64,000 nucleotides of DNA from Candidatus Doudnabacteria bacterium (GTDB lineage: Bacteria; Patescibacteriota; Doudnabacteria; UBA920; 2-01-FULL-46-14), in the NCBI GenBank assembly GCA_023246055.1, contig JAHFJD010000001.1, forward strand, positions 2,781 through 66,780, read 5' to 3'. Position numbers and translations under genes: made by a program. Below are positions 63,601-64,000 of the stretch, piece after piece. Below the pieces are notes generated by a model. It saw only the letters and a list, made by a program, of their open reading frames with translations. It was not told the origin of the DNA and did not search any database. The first letter of the stretch is position 1, and every line of letters starts with the position of its first letter.

Positions 63601-64000
63601 GTGGCTCGACAAAGTAAACGCTCTTATGGGAGCGGATGTGTGATTCAACGGGGGAAGGGTTTTGCAATCCGCTGGCGCGAGATTCAAATCCTACCGGATG
63701 GAACGAAGCGGTTCGTCAATCGCTGTGAAGCTGTGGGCCGCGTATCCAAGAGGAAAGCGGTTGATATTCTCAACGAGCGGCTGGCTACGGCAGCGACGAC
63801 GGTCCAACGTCCGGTTATCACGTTTTCGGAACTCGCCACGGTTTGGAAAGCAACTGTACTCCCCATGTACAAATACTCCTCGCGGCTTGTTCGCGGGGAT
63901 ACCGTAACCAAGAAGCTCATTCCACGTTTCGGAGACTGGGAGTTGACTGACGTGACGAAGCAAGAAATCCAAAGCTACATCGCGGAACTTCACCGTGCCG
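63601..64000 (+). CDS. Tyrosine-type site-specific integrase, N-terminal part (runs off right edge)
   Basis: GTG start after AAGGAG; VARQSKRSYGSGCVIQRGKGFAIRWREIQILPDGTKRFVNRCEAVGRVSKRKAVDILNERL...SELATVWKATVLPMYKYSSRLVRGDTVTKKLIPRFGDWELTDVTKQEIQSYIAELHRA resembles phage-integrase N-terminal arm-binding/SAM-like regions; no stop before window end. Confidence 0.55.
   Translation, partial: MARQSKRSYGSGCVIQRGKGFAIRWREIQILPDGTKRFVNRCEAVGRVSKRKAVDILNERLATAATTVQRPVITFSELATVWKATVLPMYKYSSRLVRGDTVTKKLIPRFGDWELTDVTKQEIQSYIAELHRA

Noticed and set aside
1-64000. CRISPR array or rRNA operon
   Set aside because: No regularly spaced direct repeats with unique spacers were seen, and no 16S/23S/5S-like sequence. 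The repeats present are palindromic dispersed elements, not CRISPR.

Overview
This is a 64-kb window of low-GC (about 40-48 %) bacterial chromosome with small, tightly packed genes. It carries the canonical origin-proximal cluster: recF, dnaN and dnaA on the - strand, divergent from rpmH, rnpA, yidD, yidC and jag on the + strand. Housekeeping genes follow: a class A PBP, tyrS, ruvC, yebC, gyrA, rpsA, infB, rbfA, a DHH phosphoesterase, the HrcA/CIRCE-controlled hrcA-grpE-dnaK-dnaJ cluster, uvrA, uvrC, secG and an oligopeptide-binding protein. Nine tRNA genes are present. The gene content and small protein sizes are reminiscent of Patescibacteria/CPR-type genomes; this is inference only.

The accessory content is rich.
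(1) Five toxin-antitoxin modules are present: HepT/MntA, HigBA, RelBE, a frameshifted HicA with HicB, and VapBC. The VapBC cassette sits between 20-bp direct repeats that duplicate half of the CIRCE operator.
(2) Three families of short dispersed repeats occur:
  (a) GC-rich hairpins of the form TCTCCCCCTC-N4-GAGGGGGAGA, at least 14 copies. Several are inserted in-frame inside real genes (recF, uvrC, FemAB and two Wzy-like membrane protein genes) and are translated as SPPHEGE-like peptides.
  (b) A 78-80-bp TACGAA/TTCGTA-rich element in four copies, two of them 100 % identical in opposite orientation. Each copy ends exactly at the start codon of dnaJ, hrcA, a CBS-domain gene and a lipid-kinase-like gene.
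  (c) A 60-70-bp MITE-like element with TGTCATTCC terminal inverted repeats that abuts the start codons of grpE and a TrmB regulator gene.
(3) A copper nitrite reductase (nirK) with an ArsR-family regulator.
(4) A three-gene cassette of unknown function (cytoplasmic protein, membrane protein, HTH protein) bracketed by TA modules.
(5) At the right edge, a higher-GC (about 55 %) horizontally acquired island inserted next to tRNA-Leu(CAG), which carries degenerate tandem 5' copies of itself. The island encodes a large serine recombinase, a 749-aa protein fusing a NERD/PD-(D/E)xK nuclease-like domain to a P-loop NTPase and a helical C-terminal domain (a candidate antiphage/defence effector), a GC-rich hairpin-rich spacer, and a partial tyrosine integrase.

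No rRNA genes or CRISPR arrays were seen.
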